This document shows, in pieces, positions 1 to 13,012 of a stretch of DNA of 64,000 nucleotides. A program made the translations under genes and the position numbers. The stretch's first letter is position 1, and every line of letters starts with the position of its first letter. The DNA lies in NCBI GenBank assembly GCA_002633005.1, contig NMRA01000517.1, forward strand, positions 180,289 through 244,288, written 5' to 3'. The notes beneath the pieces are model-generated. The model made no database searches, was not told the origin of the DNA, and saw only the letters and a program-made list of their open reading frames with translations. This stretch comes from Phoronis australis (Eukaryota; Animalia; Phoronida).

Positions 1-715
1 GTGTAAATTTCATGTGGATCAGGCAAAAAATATGACCTGTATAGTGGACAACAAAATAACAATTAGACATCAAAAGAACAGTCTCATCAGCAAATTTAAA
101 ATAACTTGAGAACAGTAAGTTGTGGCAAAAAATGAATGGCATTCTCTACATAAGTTCAGAAGAATCTCTGAGACGAATGCAAAGCTTGTCGAAAATTTAA
201 AAAATAGCACCACCGTGCATCCAGTTTCACCAGAAAACAACAGCACAACTTATTCTCAAAACACACGTTTTGGGTACATTACATGTCAATAAGACGACAC
301 ACGTGGCCTGCAGTAATCCTATGGTAGACAAGCATAAAAGCAGCAAGGAATCGGCCAATAAAAGAAATCTCAAATAACTTGAAAATGATCAGCCAGAGCA
401 AGAAGTCAATGATATACTGCAGACAGCACTGGATGAGATCTACCCTTACCAAATTTCAGAAGGAGCTGTCAAGGGATGCCAGACATATGGCACAAGAAAT
501 CAACCAATGAAAGAGTGCTCGGAAAATCTGTAATAACTTCAGAACAGTGAGTTGTATCAAGAAATGGATGGCACACTCAAATACCAAATTTCAATATCTT
601 CAAAGGAACATGGAACTAGGGCTCTGGAGGAAGGAGGGACACAGAAATAGGCAGGAAAGCCGAGGGAGTGAGAAGGTTATTAAGAGAGAGAAATGGGGTA
701 AGGTGGTGGGGGTAG

Positions 716-897
716 GGCCAGGGAAAGTGAAGCGAAGAGGGTGAGGAAAGGGCCAGGGAAAGTGAAGCGAAGAGGGTGAGGAAAAGACCAGGGAAAGTGA
801 AGCGAAGAGGGTGAGGAAAGGACCAGGGAAAGTGAAGCGAAGAGGGTGAGGAAAGGACCAGGGAAAGTGAAGCGAAGAGGGTGAGGAAAGGACCAAG
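716..897. repeat. Purine-rich minisatellite, 35-bp unit, ~5 copies
   Basis: gggaaagtgaagcgaagagggtgaggaaaggacca starting at 721, 756, 791, 826 and 861. Confidence 0.95.
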
Positions 898-1493
898 GAA
901 TGAGAAGATAAACAAGAGAGGAGAGGTGACACGGCAACTAACAGAGAAATGGAAGCACGCAGGCACCACCATGATTGTTCTGTATGTTAAGATTTGACAT
1001 TTTTCACAAGTGAGGCACTCCATGATGAACATGAATAAGAAGTCATCCACCACATGAAATTTTGATGACTGACATTGTAGTACAGTCTGGTCACCTGTTC
1101 AACATCCTGTACGTGGGAATGTTCATTTTGTTAATGGCAGTACAATGTTTTCAAACAATTATGCACAACCAGCTGTGTCCAAGCTTGCACGTGAAGTCAG
1201 TTCAAGATGTCTACAGAGAGGTAAAGATCTGAAGCTAATTAATATTGAACACTATGTTTCCCAACAGGTCTTGTAGGAAGACCTGTAGATCTGTGAACAT
1301 GTAACAAAACAACAGCTACTTTAGTATTCCTTCAAGTGAGGTCGACTTTACCTATAACTTGAGACAGTGTAGTTCAATCTAAAGTAAAATTTTCTTCATT
1401 CACAAATGACAGTTTTGTATCTGAACAGACTTGATAGTTCATAAAATCATCAAAAATCAACATTTCCATGTGTGTGTATAGTGTGCGAATGAT

Positions 1494-1583
1494 CAGTGGG
1501 CTCAGTGAGGACACAGTGTGGCTCAGTGAGGACACAGTGTGGCTCAGTGAGGACATAGTGTGACTCAGTGAGGACACAGTGTG
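1494..1583. repeat. Minisatellite, 21-bp unit, ~4 copies
   Basis: cagtgtggctcagtgaggaca repeated. Confidence 0.9.
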
Positions 1584-1714
1584 GCGCTGTGCGGTTTGGG
1601 CTCTGTACACTTCATGCAGCTAACATTTATCCATGCTCATCAGGACGGTAACATTCTCCAACAAGATGCTGAGTAATGTCACTGCTCGTCGATGTTATCA
1701 GGTGTTGCTTGATC

Positions 1715-1830
1715 AGGACTAGTGCCGAGACTCCTGGCAGTCTCACCCACAAACAGGACTAGTGCCGAGACTCCTGGCAGTCTCACCCACAAAGAGGACT
1801 AGTGCCGAGGCTCCTGGCAGTCTCACCCAC
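1715..1830. repeat. Minisatellite, 40-bp unit, 3 copies with internal hairpin
   Basis: aggactagtgccGAGACTcctggcAGTCTCacccacaaac. Confidence 0.9.
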
Positions 1831-4144
1831 ACACCATTACAGTTTGGGCAATCACATTGTGGCAGTCCTCAGACTTGTCCTCCACAGGCTGAGCTGTCTA
1901 CTGGCTGTGGATACCAGTCTCTCCAAAGTTTGAACTTGTAAACAAGTTCAATGAAATCAATATCTTTCAAACTGGTGGAGTCAGATGAAAAAATTGTTAC
2001 TAGGGAGTCAAGCACTAAAATGACCGTGGAAAGGGCAAAATATTGTCAAAAGGAGTTTCAGATATATACTAATAGAGGAAAAATGCCATAACATGTGCTA
2101 ATTAATCTCCAAGAACTTAGCAGATATAGAGGCATACATCAATAGCTGGAGTCACACAAAAATTAACTGATCCAAGCTTACTATGTAAAGCTTAATAATA
2201 CATGGTTAAATAAAATACTGAAAACTACTTTCCCTAAATTTGAAAAATCCACGATGATTAATTATAGGTCGTGTTCACTTGACATAATTTACTAACAAAA
2301 TGAAATCAAACGAATCCCATTGATGGGTTCATAAATAGGGGGAAAAGCATAAGCGTACTATAAATCAATTCAATTACCTGAAAGAATGGAATGGCGAAAT
2401 TCCAACTGGGAGAGCAACTCCACTGGCAAGCGTAGGTTTCCACCTACATGCTCAGTTTCAGGTCAAAAACACTGAGACGATGCATAAGGTCTATTAATAT
2501 TTGATTACCACTGATTTGCTGGCTCACTAGCCAGCACAGGACGGCCACACTATACTGCCAATATTGCCATACAATATTGATTAGAAAAAGACGCCATGCT
2601 TGAGAGAGACTTTTGATACATCATGCTGAGAAGGAAGGGGAACAGCTTGGAGAGGAAATCGGGAAATCGGGTCAACAAATCCGCTTATTGGGGTAATCGG
2701 CAATTTACACTGTCTGATAAATCATTTCAGACAATCGCCATTGTCTTAGACTACCAACGAGGGGGTCTTGCAAAGCTTCTTACATCAGACCAGCAGAGAT
2801 CAGAGACTAGCCATGAATAGCCAAACTGACTCAACAGTAGACTAATCCCAAATGTCAACATGGAATCCAGTGTCTGCCTCAATTAGTGCTGGTGTTTCCA
2901 ACAACACTTATTAGCTGTGATGGAAAATGGCCATTTGAACATCTCACCTTTAATAGAAGGCTTTAAACAGTGTTTAAGGTTATTAAGGACATTATCCATA
3001 TGCATACCTAGTCAAACATCTACAAAACTATAAATTTTAATTCAATAAAAGTATAATTTTTTAAATGTAGAAAGCATATAGAATTGAGGTGTTTTTAGTA
3101 AAACTAAGCAAAAAATAAACATTTATAGCCATTCTCATCAATAATATTGATCAAATTTCATTTGAGATGAATAGTCTAGATGCAACCAAAATTGTTGTTA
3201 CAGCTTCCTAAATTATTATTTGTTTTTCTTTTATGCAACTTTTGAATTTTTAATGGTGCCCCTAATGCAAAAGGGAGCAATTTTAAAGCCAATCCTAATA
3301 TCATTTTGGAGAACAGTTCGCAACGCATAGAACATGAAATTTTCATTAAGAATCCAATGGGCCCCCAGATAGAATGTTGCAAAGAAAGCCAAATTTTGGA
3401 CACTTTTAGGGATCTATGTATCTGAAGAATGATTCCATATAAAAACCATATGAAAATGAAAAATGACTATATATTCAAAAATTCATACAGAGCTAATATC
3501 TTGTGCATGTGTTGGGATGTTGGCCCAAAGTACACTGCTGCAATATTTGCACTCAGTGACCTTTGGTTACCGAGATATGACCTATTTGGCTATAAAGGCA
3601 GTAAAACTAAATTTTTGGAAGGGCAAAAGATCAAACTTGGAAAACTGGTGACAAAGTTTGACATTGAAAGTCATAAAGACTTGTGTAAGGAAACTCATAG
3701 GTACATTTAAATTTCCAGCAGGGGAGAAAACTCTGAGACCACTTTTCAGGCCAGTCACAAGTGGCAAGATTTTGCTTAACCTGCCTGCTATATCGGAATA
3801 TATTTGAAGTTGAAATTCTCTGTATAGACACTTCCAAGACTGATCTTTGATAACTGCATTTAAAAAAACTTGTCTCTTATATAGTTAGTGATACACGTGG
3901 CCCTCGAATTTGGGCATTTTGTTATGTGGCCCTACTCTGACTGACAAGAGAATTGAGGCTATTAGTTCAGAAATATCACCTAAAATATATGCTCTAATAT
4001 CAACAATGCAATATCACAAAAATTCAACTTTCACCTTTGAGACCCTGTTTTTCTTAAACACTCTGTTTAACTTTACAAATGGCAGTTTAGGGTTCGAAAT
4101 TTCATGCACTTCTTGTCACTGCAAAGAATAGGGAGGAATTTCCT

Positions 4145-4516
4145 TCTTGTACATTTGGTCAATTTTCGTTACTAAAGTAGGATTGCGGAGGAAATGTGGC
4201 CTTCATTAGCTGTGCTAAGGACGTCAAAGGTCATCTGAGGTGGTGCAAAGTGCCACAGAAGTTTGAAAGTATATCGGAATTACAGTTGATTCTTGCCAGA
4301 GCTTAAGAGAGGAGGCTGGACTGGCAAACAAATGGAAATGCGCCGTTATATGTTTTACACATTGACATGAGTTTGGACTTGGCTTTAGACAAAAATTGAC
4401 GTGCTGTTATCCAGGACACACGGCTAGAACGAAGCAGAAGATTGAACGGGGCGTTGACTTTCGCATGTCGCAAAAGATTTTTCGCCAGTTTGATTTGTTA
4501 GTACCTGTTGGTGCAA
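4145..4516 (+). mobile_element. Degraded N-terminal exon of a large DNA-transposon protein (Sola3-like)
   Basis: SCAKDVKGHLRWC...ELQLILARA*...ICFTH*HEFGLGFRQKLTCCYPGH...RGVDFRMSQKI...LVPVGA|gtaag resembles the Cys/His-rich N-terminus of invertebrate transposase-like proteins; stops and frameshifts present. Confidence 0.5.
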
Positions 4517-5229
4517 GTAAGATATTAGGAGCAATTGCTAGAAAGTTACTTCACATTTATCACAACTGTTGGCCTGGGTCAAAAGATCATGACTTCAGTT
4601 CAGAATATTGTATTAGCTCTCGCTGACAACTTTCGACTTACTGACTGCCCAGGTGTACAAACCTGATAGGCCTATCCGGTTAGCGGGTTAGGATGGGCTG
4701 CTGGACTTTGAATATTGCAACCATGTTATACCTTGCAAATCTGAAAACTGTGATCCATAATTATTCAAATGGTTCAATGGTGTGACCCATGTTTATACCG
4801 AAAGACCATGAAAAAGTATGTACCATACTTGTACAAAAGGTGACCCATCTTTATACACATCTTTAGTACATATGACCTGTGAGAACTGGTGAAATCGTCA
4901 CCAGATTGGTCATTCCACTAGTCTGCTTAGGTCGCCATTGAAGCTAGTAGATAATGCCAGAGCAATGATGGCGACCATCCCTGAGGTGATTGCTTGCCGT
5001 AATTTGTATTTTAATATTTACATCAAAATATTTTCTAAGTATGGAAAGAAGCTCCACTCATGATTATACCACATGACTCAAAAGCTGACAATACAGTTCA
5101 CTTCCCTTTAAAATTGTAATGGCAGTTAATCATAATTTTGCACTTATTCAGTACTTTTTGCCATGCAGCCATATTCAGATGTGAACCTCATCACTTTCTG
5201 AATGGAACACGGGCTTTTATGAGCACACA

Positions 5230-6250
5230 TGACAGATGACGACAAATTTCGGATGGATACAACAACTGGTGTGTCCCGTAGTGGCAATCCTAGTTTTATA
5301 TATTTACCTCTGTATCTTTAAAGCTCCTCAACATATTATGAAATTTGGCACATAACCATCTCTTAAGGAAGTGACATTATCCTCCCTGTATTTGAGGTAT
5401 TTTGTTCCACCCAGTGGCCATTTTTACAGTTTTCGAGTCTGCCCCTTCTATCAAACAAACCATCCATAGAATGATTGTGAAAATTGTCATATGTGTTCTT
5501 AGTGTGAAGAGAATGATGATGAAAATCTTCCGACGACTTTGACTACTTTGGCTCCTGCTAGTGGCAGTTTTGTTTTTTGTAGTGCCCATGGCTGTTTCTA
5601 CTAAACCCATTGCCGGATCTCTATTAAATTTAGCAAGTGTATTTATATGAAGTTGACAACGGATGACGACGGCTTTCAGACGGATCCAACAAACGCTGTG
5701 CTCCCTAGTGGCAATTTCATTTTTTCCATTTTCCCGTTACTCTGAAATTCCTTGATGGATTTTTATGAAATTTGGTTAACAGCTTTCTATTACAGAAACG
5801 GTGTTTTTGGATGATTTGACATATTTTACGCCATCTAAGGCCATTTTTATTGTTTCCTAGTATGTTTTTGGCATCCGCCCCTCTGCCAACCAAACCACTC
5901 AAAGCATAATTTTGAAAATTAGCATATATGTTCTTAGTGTGAAGAGGACGGTTAATGATGATTTTCCAATGACATCGAGTACCGTGGCAGTTTTGTTATT
6001 TGCGCCCATAGCTTATCTCCTAAACCCACTGCAGGATCTTGATTAATTTTAGTAATTGTAACACCGGGTGACCATGATTTTCTAATGAATCCATGCCCCC
6101 TAGTAGCAATTTAATTTTTTTGTTTTCCTCTTTTACTTCTAAGTTCCTTGACGGATTTTTATTGGATTTGGTAAATAGCTTTCTATTAAAGAAACAATGA
6201 CATGTTCCCGTTTTGGGATGAATTCGACATATTTTGTGGTTTTTTGAAGT
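5230..6250 (+). mobile_element. Same DINE/HINE-like family, internal repeat array without a clear head
   Basis: Repeated gatgacgac...cggatccaac...ctagtggcaa units as in the 45.2 kb and 61.6 kb copies. A short head-only fragment also sits at about 40795-40875. Confidence 0.6.
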
Positions 6251-7299
6251 GTTGTGTGGAAATACATCATACACTAAACCTAGCATACCTTCAAAAAACT
6301 GTGATTTTTAGTCCGCCGCATGAACATAATTTACATATAGTGAAACTTTTAGCTGGTAAGTCGCAACAACACCCAATTGTTTAAATACTGGTTTGGAAAG
6401 CCGGTAACTTGGATATCACTGAAAGGATTGTTTTTAATCCTAAATATCCGTACCTGTTATTTTTCTGAAATTGCAAATTCCACTGGCGCACTGCCACCAT
6501 GCTCGGCCGCTTTAGTGTTGTACAAGCATTGCGTGACCCTTTTGTATGTCCAACAGGACACTTCTGCTCGTATCCACCGTCCTCTTTTCATTTGTGATCT
6601 CGAAGATCTTGATTAGTTTTAGTATGAACTTTGCTAATAGTTTGAGAGGACTTTTTCAAGCGCATATACAGGGATTTGTTCAGGAGGTCTGAAAATGGAC
6701 CAGCGTGGGATTCTTAGTCAATTACGGTGTTTGAAAAGTGACTAAGCAATGGGTAATGGGCACCCTTAATAAGAATAAAACCTGCTTCTCTGAAGTATAA
6801 AATGGTGATGAGGGTTGTATTATTAACTCATTGAAATTGACTTTTTTGAGTTCTCTTTTCCTATAATAAATTTTTATTTTTGTACCAGCAAAACTGAAAA
6901 TCCGCGAAGAACCTCATACAGCTTCCCATGATCTCCTTTGTCACTGATGTAGCAAAACGAATGACATTTGTTCTATTTGGCATCTTGGCCGATAGATAAT
7001 TGCACAATCGAGTAGCGCCTCCTAGAGTCTTATAATCAAACTGACAGTCACAGATTGGCAGAAAAGTGTGTGTTATGTAAAAAACTGACTGCACAAAAAC
7101 TATGAAAGAGACAAGATTTTTTATTCTTGCGTTGGGCGGAACAAAGACAGCAGTAACAGACGGAAGTTAACTCATGTTCCAAAAGAATCCAATATAGATT
7201 TGGGAGAGCGATAAAAATGCGTAAAAATGGCCTTAATAATAAGCAGTGAAAGTGACATTTTTGTAGGCTAAAATGTGAGGACATAAAAAATCAATAAAT

Positions 7300-7601
7300 C
7301 CATCCGAACTAATTTTTCTTGTATGTTACTCTTTTTTCTTTCTGCTATGCAGTTATTTTTTCTATAGCATGAAGCGATGTGTTGTTGCTCACAAAAAGTC
7401 ATCTACTTCCCAGTACTTTTATTTGCTATTTTTCAGAAAACGTACAAAGCGGTCGTAAAAAAGGTTAAAAAAACTCAGATACTCTTAAAATCTCAGTCTC
7501 AGGTGTCTTTTGACAAGGCCAGCTGATGTGGTAAGTTTCAAAAAATTGGTGATTTTGCATACATAGCCCACCATCTGGTTTTTATATAGAATTGCTCTTA
7601 A
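7300..7601. mobile_element. Sola3-like right terminus (...GAATTGCTC|TTAA), left boundary approximate
   Basis: CTC-TTAA end at 7595-7601. Its reverse complement (TTAAGAGCAATTC...aaaatcaccaatttt) resembles the left end at 38408 (TTAAGAGCCATTCC...aaaatcaccaatttt). Confidence 0.4.
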
Positions 7602-9319
7602 ATAGTCTCAAGTGGGTGGAGTATGCTCAAACTATTTTTTACTTTTACTTTTACTTTTATAGACTTAAGTGCTTAAACCTGAAATAGAAGCAAAAACAGA
7701 AGTAGTCGCTTTATAACAACGATTAGTATATTATTTGGACATATTATCAAGTTATAAACTCGTATTATTGAGTCAATAATTCTCAATATTGATTACTCAT
7801 ATCTTCATACTGACCGCTGCTACGGTAACACGATTTTTTTGCTACAAAGCAATGCAGATCTCACTCAGTTTGATAATCCCGGGAACTCCCCATATCCAGG
7901 CCAGTAGTTTACCACTACGCCACCTGCATGACACTGAGCTCCAAAGTATTTTAAGCCTTTTCATGACATCCACAGGCTGAAGTCATATAATTTATGTATC
8001 ATGTGGACGCAAATCTGCACCAATGTATGGCAGTTCATAGCATCACACTAATGTACTAAAGTGCATTTTCGAAGGATAAAAAATATTAGTTATAGCTGAA
8101 AAATTCCAAAAGATGTCATTTGATTAGACTTCAGCGCTGAGCGTATCAAACACTGAACATGCGATAACATTAACATAACCAAATGAAGTTTGTTGATTGC
8201 TTTGCATTAAAATCTAAAACTTTACACGAGCAAAACATTCCCACAACATAGCCAATTGTTCCATTATCCATTCCTTACTTTTTTGAAAATTTACACATTT
8301 GTGCAAGAAAACAGGTAGCTGACTGACCAACGGGTGATCGACATACAATCAAAAACAGGCAGCAGATTGACTAATAAATGATGGACACACAATCAAAAGT
8401 CAACACACAGTCTCCCTCTATGGGTTACTTAGAGGATGAAATCGCATAACATTAGCCTCGGTCATTATCACATTTTTGGAATCAGAATACCAACACATTA
8501 ACCTTGGTGGCAGACCATTTTCACAGGACATATGACTGAACAATGAGGACATATTTATAGGGCCTTCCAAACTAACGTCGACGGGTCGATGTTTTGGGGA
8601 GTTGCGGTCAGTATGAACGGTTAACTTTGGTCCTGGATCAAAGTTAACAGCGCCAGGCCTTTATCCAGGATTTCGAAAATGGGGTTCCCAATATTCCAGA
8701 GCCTCCCTGATTCCAATGACGTGCAAGTCTAATCCCCCACCCCCACGACCGTTCACCAGCAATACCCCTATACACAGACGAAGGTTTTTTACAAAAAAAT
8801 GCGTAGACCACGGTTTTTACACCTAAGTTTACCAAACAGCCCGCTGTAGTGAGCTTTTTTACTTAACAACTGTGTAGACAAAGACTTTTACAACTAAATT
8901 GACGAAAACAGGCAAGTAGCTTACCAAACAGACATATTGGTTAAATGATGAGAGCACAATGTTTTTGGTGATCTCGAGTCAAATTGTTGTTATAAAGTTT
9001 GTCATACCATCTTAATTAGCTTCAATATTCTGTAAAATGAGTCATCAGAACTGCAGTTACACAACAAGAAAAATGTGCATATGAAGTGATTTATATTTTG
9101 GCAAAAGGTGTCACTGTTCCTCAACATTAAAATCTTAAAACACACAATGAAAAGCATGAAACAAGTGCAAACTCAAAAATTTTAAATGGGCATATTCTTG
9201 TGGCACAATATAGTATTAAAATAATGACATTTATACCACAATTTTAGCCTCAAATGGCAGATGCAATCATGTAATAACCCATAAAGTTATCTCACTATTG
9301 AGAAAACATTTTGGCGGGA

Positions 9320-9392
9320 AACCGAAGCCAGATTCGAACCCGGGTCTCAAGAGTGTCGAGTCGCCGTCTTTACCACTACACCACTCAGCGGC
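9320..9392 (-). mobile_element. tRNA-derived SINE head / pseudo-tRNA
   Basis: Minus strand GCTGAGTGGTGTAGTGGTAAAGAC...CCGGGTTCGAATCTGGCTTCGGT: Pol III A box and B box, T-arm pairs, anticodon arm does not. Confidence 0.65.
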
Positions 9393-9935
9393 TGACGTCA
9401 TAGAACGTGAAAATAGAATACTTAAATGAGCACACGCAACAATCACATGTTCAGCCAAGGGCATTGCACAGACATTTATACGCTATGAAACATAAGACGC
9501 ATAATTTCCGTAAAAACGATATTTTATCAGTGAAATTTTTCTCTCGTGTTCTCTTACTTGTAAATCACCGATCTCCAATTTGAATGCGGGTATCGTGTCG
9601 TCAGGATCCTTTTACTTGAGCATTATAGTCAGTTACTAATGGCAACCTACTTTAGCAGACGATATTTTCCCGGTCGAAGCTTAACGTAATAAAATGTGTA
9701 GCAAGCTATAATAGTTGATAAATCTCAATTTATAGATTCACTTTATTTCTATTTTATTTAAATTTTCAATTGGTTTTGAGTATAAGCATTATTTGACAAA
9801 AATAGCTCGGCTTTTCTTAAAAGGTCACGACCTCCGACACCGGGCCTCTGACACAGAAAGTAGTTACAAAGCCGAGTTGAGTTGAGAAAGGTAGATCAAT
9901 TCAGTGCAATGTTTCTCGTTCAGTATGTGGTATGA

Positions 9936-10099
9936 ATAGATTATTACATGTTCTCAGTCGTTGGCCCCCTTATCTCGAGCCCTCGTGGATTTTGGAGAAT
10001 TATCACCCCCTGGGCTAACGCCCCTCGGGAGATAATTCTACAAAATCCACTCGGGCTCTAGATAACGGGGGATAACGACTTTGCCATGTAATGATCTAT
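9936..10099. repeat. ~165-bp near-perfect palindrome (foldback MITE-like)
   Basis: Left arm atagattattacatg...agtcgtt...gagccc..gtggattttg.agaattatc pairs with gataattct.caaaatccac..gggctc...aacgact...catgtaatgatctat. Confidence 0.85.
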
Positions 10100-12639
10100 A
10101 TTTATTTCGCTTTTATGTTTATAAAAAAGATGAAAATCATGAAATTACAGCTCTGAAAAACCAGTTTGGACTTATACTAATGTAGGAACTTTATAGTAAT
10201 GAACACAGAGCTAACGCCGCAAGGAGCCAGCAGTGGAAGAAACGTTGACAACCAAACATGTGCTAATATGCCTGAAAGGTGTTGGATACTGAATGCTTTC
10301 AACCAAGTTGTAAATTTCTTGCTACTTTGGAGCTGTCTTCCCTTCAACTATGTGCTTGGGCTTCATAGTCACCATTACAATGTGTGTCCAAACTTTAAAG
10401 TTTCCAATTGCCAGTGGCGTCCAAATGATACATTGGGCGTCCTTGCCAGGGCATCCAGATAAGTGCTAAGGTGTCCATTTAGACGCACAGGACGTACGAT
10501 GCATAAAGACCTGAACAGCGCCAGTTAACATCACAGTAAACAGGTAGATTTAACAGTGGAGCGTCGCGCTCCGTGCAACATGAACGGTCAACTTGAGTCC
10601 CACCGAAGTTATCGCCAGGTGCCAATGTTATCAACAATTAAAGGGTAGTGTCGTCGCTAATAAATGCTTATAGTTTGCTCAAATAATCACCAATCTATTT
10701 AAAAATAAGTTTTCTGTCAATTACCACAATATATATGTTCCAAAATTGTCACATTCAAGTCCTTGTCTCAAAATGCCAATGTGGTTCGAGTATTCGAAAA
10801 TACTTACAAAATAAAATCTTATTTTCTATACCCTTTCATTATGTTCATTTCGCCTTTCTTGCCCAAATCGGTTTTTAACAGTATTTGACCCTTGTTTGTG
10901 AGCGTATGATTACTGGTTGTCATCGATTATTTCCGTACCCACATTTCCGGCTCATCAGTTCAGGAACTTGTCCTGAAAGCCGCCAGTTTTTCCTTATAAC
11001 TGAATGTGCTATTGCTTGCTCGAAAAGTCTTCATTATTTTGTTTTATTAGTAATATCTCGTGAATCGTTTGTTTTTCGATTAAATTTTTTTTCATTTTAA
11101 AAAAGTACTTTGCTATCATCAGAAAGGTAGTGCATTCTACTCCGTAAAAATCGAAAAAGTACCAAAATTGGGGCAAGCAGTGTAAAGTTATTGCAATTTT
11201 TGTGGTGAAATTTGGGTCACTTTGTTTGGATTGCGTAGGTCATATTGGAGAACAGCGAGATAAGTTACGAGTTTAAAACTTTGTGTAAATTGTTTTCGCC
11301 AACAATTTATGGTCAAATTTAGTGACACATATACTTTCTTACTATTCTGCATGATTCAACAGTTTTCACCAAATTTCAGCCTCACAGTTGTTATTTACCA
11401 TTAGTGATAAATGTGCTCACAATTCATTTCTGGCGACACTGACAAAATGGCGACTTTTGCTGAACTGAAAGACATTTTCAACCAGCTACTTTGTAATTTG
11501 TGAAGATTTAACGTTGATACATTTTGGCAAAGCTGCTACAAAAAAGGAACTTTGTTCATTTTTTCGTATTTCTGTAAAAAATATGAGATATATTGAAATT
11601 ATTTTACTGTGAATTTCCCATTCAGGTGATCTTACTCTAAGCTAAAAAAATAGTTGAAATAATTTTGAAATATATGATCTTACTCTAAGCTAAAAAAATA
11701 GTTGAAATAATTTTGAAGTGGTTTTTTGTTTGACTGTCAACTGCTGTTCAAGGCTTGATTCGGTGTCACAAACTGATTCATATTTTTCTAAATTTTAAGT
11801 CTCAATTGCTTTCAAGTCATGTTTTGTAACTGCTTTCTCAATTCAGGTTATAGTCAACAATATGAAAAACCTAAACTAGAGCAATAAGCTATGTTGGTTT
11901 GTGAAGCTTCAAGCCTCCAATTCTTGTTCCTTGCAACTTCATATTTTTTAAATCCTGGTTGCCAAATTCTGGTGTAAGGAAACGCTATTCGTTCTCCATG
12001 GTAACAGTTAGATGTATGTCCACTTTCATATCATGGAAACTTGTGCTGTTGGATGCATACATGTTGTAAAGTATTGTGCATTTTAAGTTACTTATCGTAA
12101 AAGGTTGAATGATTTTGGCTTAATGAATAAAAAATGATAACATTTTGTATTAGACTTGTCATACTTATGTGCTCGAAAGAGCCCCCTATTTGGAGAAATG
12201 GAAAAAGGTTTGCCTCAGTCAGAGAAGCACGAACTCCGAAAAAAGTAGAAAACGAGACAAAAGTCCACTAGAAGACAAGAAGTACCAAAATTTAGCGTCT
12301 GCAATTCATAGCTCTGAATGTACCCAGTGAATCTTATAGTAAAAGGTAGATATTCCCAAAAATTCCAGCCCCCACCCCCATTTTTTTAGGCTTGGTGCGC
12401 TCATGCAAAGTCTGGCAAATCTCTGTTGAAAGCTAACAACTTTGCACAGTTCGCCAGAAAAACCCAAGTTCTAAATAAACCTCGTTTGAGCGAGCGCTGT
12501 GACAAGGTAGGCCTAAGGGTAGCCTTGGTGCTAAGCTGTATAGGCCTACTAACAAAGATGTATTTTGACGATAGTCTTCATTGGTAGCTGGCACTGAGGC
12601 TAGCTAAGGGCTGCCGCGGCAGTGTGACACAGGACTAAC

Positions 12640-13012
12640 CAGCTCGTAATTTTATGCAAGTGTCTGAAACTACTTTGAATATATACGGCATTTATGATTT
12701 GAACACTTTACTTCGACAAAACAGCTTGCAACCGCATGCCTTTACCATTCGCCAGTGTCTGGTCTCGATCCGCACCGGGTCCGATAGGCTGTGGTCCCGA
12801 GTCTGGCAAAATAATTTCTGTCAAAATTTATACGCCACATTTCTTCAGCAAATTCAATAAAATTGTTGGTATTTTAATTTATTAAAATTATTTTCCCCTC
12901 TTTTGCAGGCTGGTAACAGGCACTGCTCCAGTCGCACTGACGGCGTCTTCTTAGCCTGGGTTCCTGAATGAATTGTACTTACGGGTTCGCAGTAAGTTCA
13001 AAATGGCGGTGT
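12640..13012. repeat. Dispersed repeat; diverged inverted copy at ~39170-39560
   Basis: For example caggctggtaacag.cactgctccagtcgcac.gacggcgt...agcctgggttcctgaatgaat...gttcaaaatggcggtg occurs in both. Neighbouring 11690-11830 also matches 40158-40295 in direct orientation. Confidence 0.8.

Noticed and set aside
547-1053. Overlapping 85-145 aa ORFs
   Set aside because: Translations of the 35-bp purine-rich minisatellite.
9320-9392. Functional tRNA gene
   Set aside because: The anticodon stem does not pair and the D arm is poor; better explained as a SINE head.
10940-10985. Hammerhead ribozyme on the minus strand (hairpin followed by CTGATGAG)
   Set aside because: No correctly placed GAAA, stem III or NUH site; it folds as a simple bulged hairpin.
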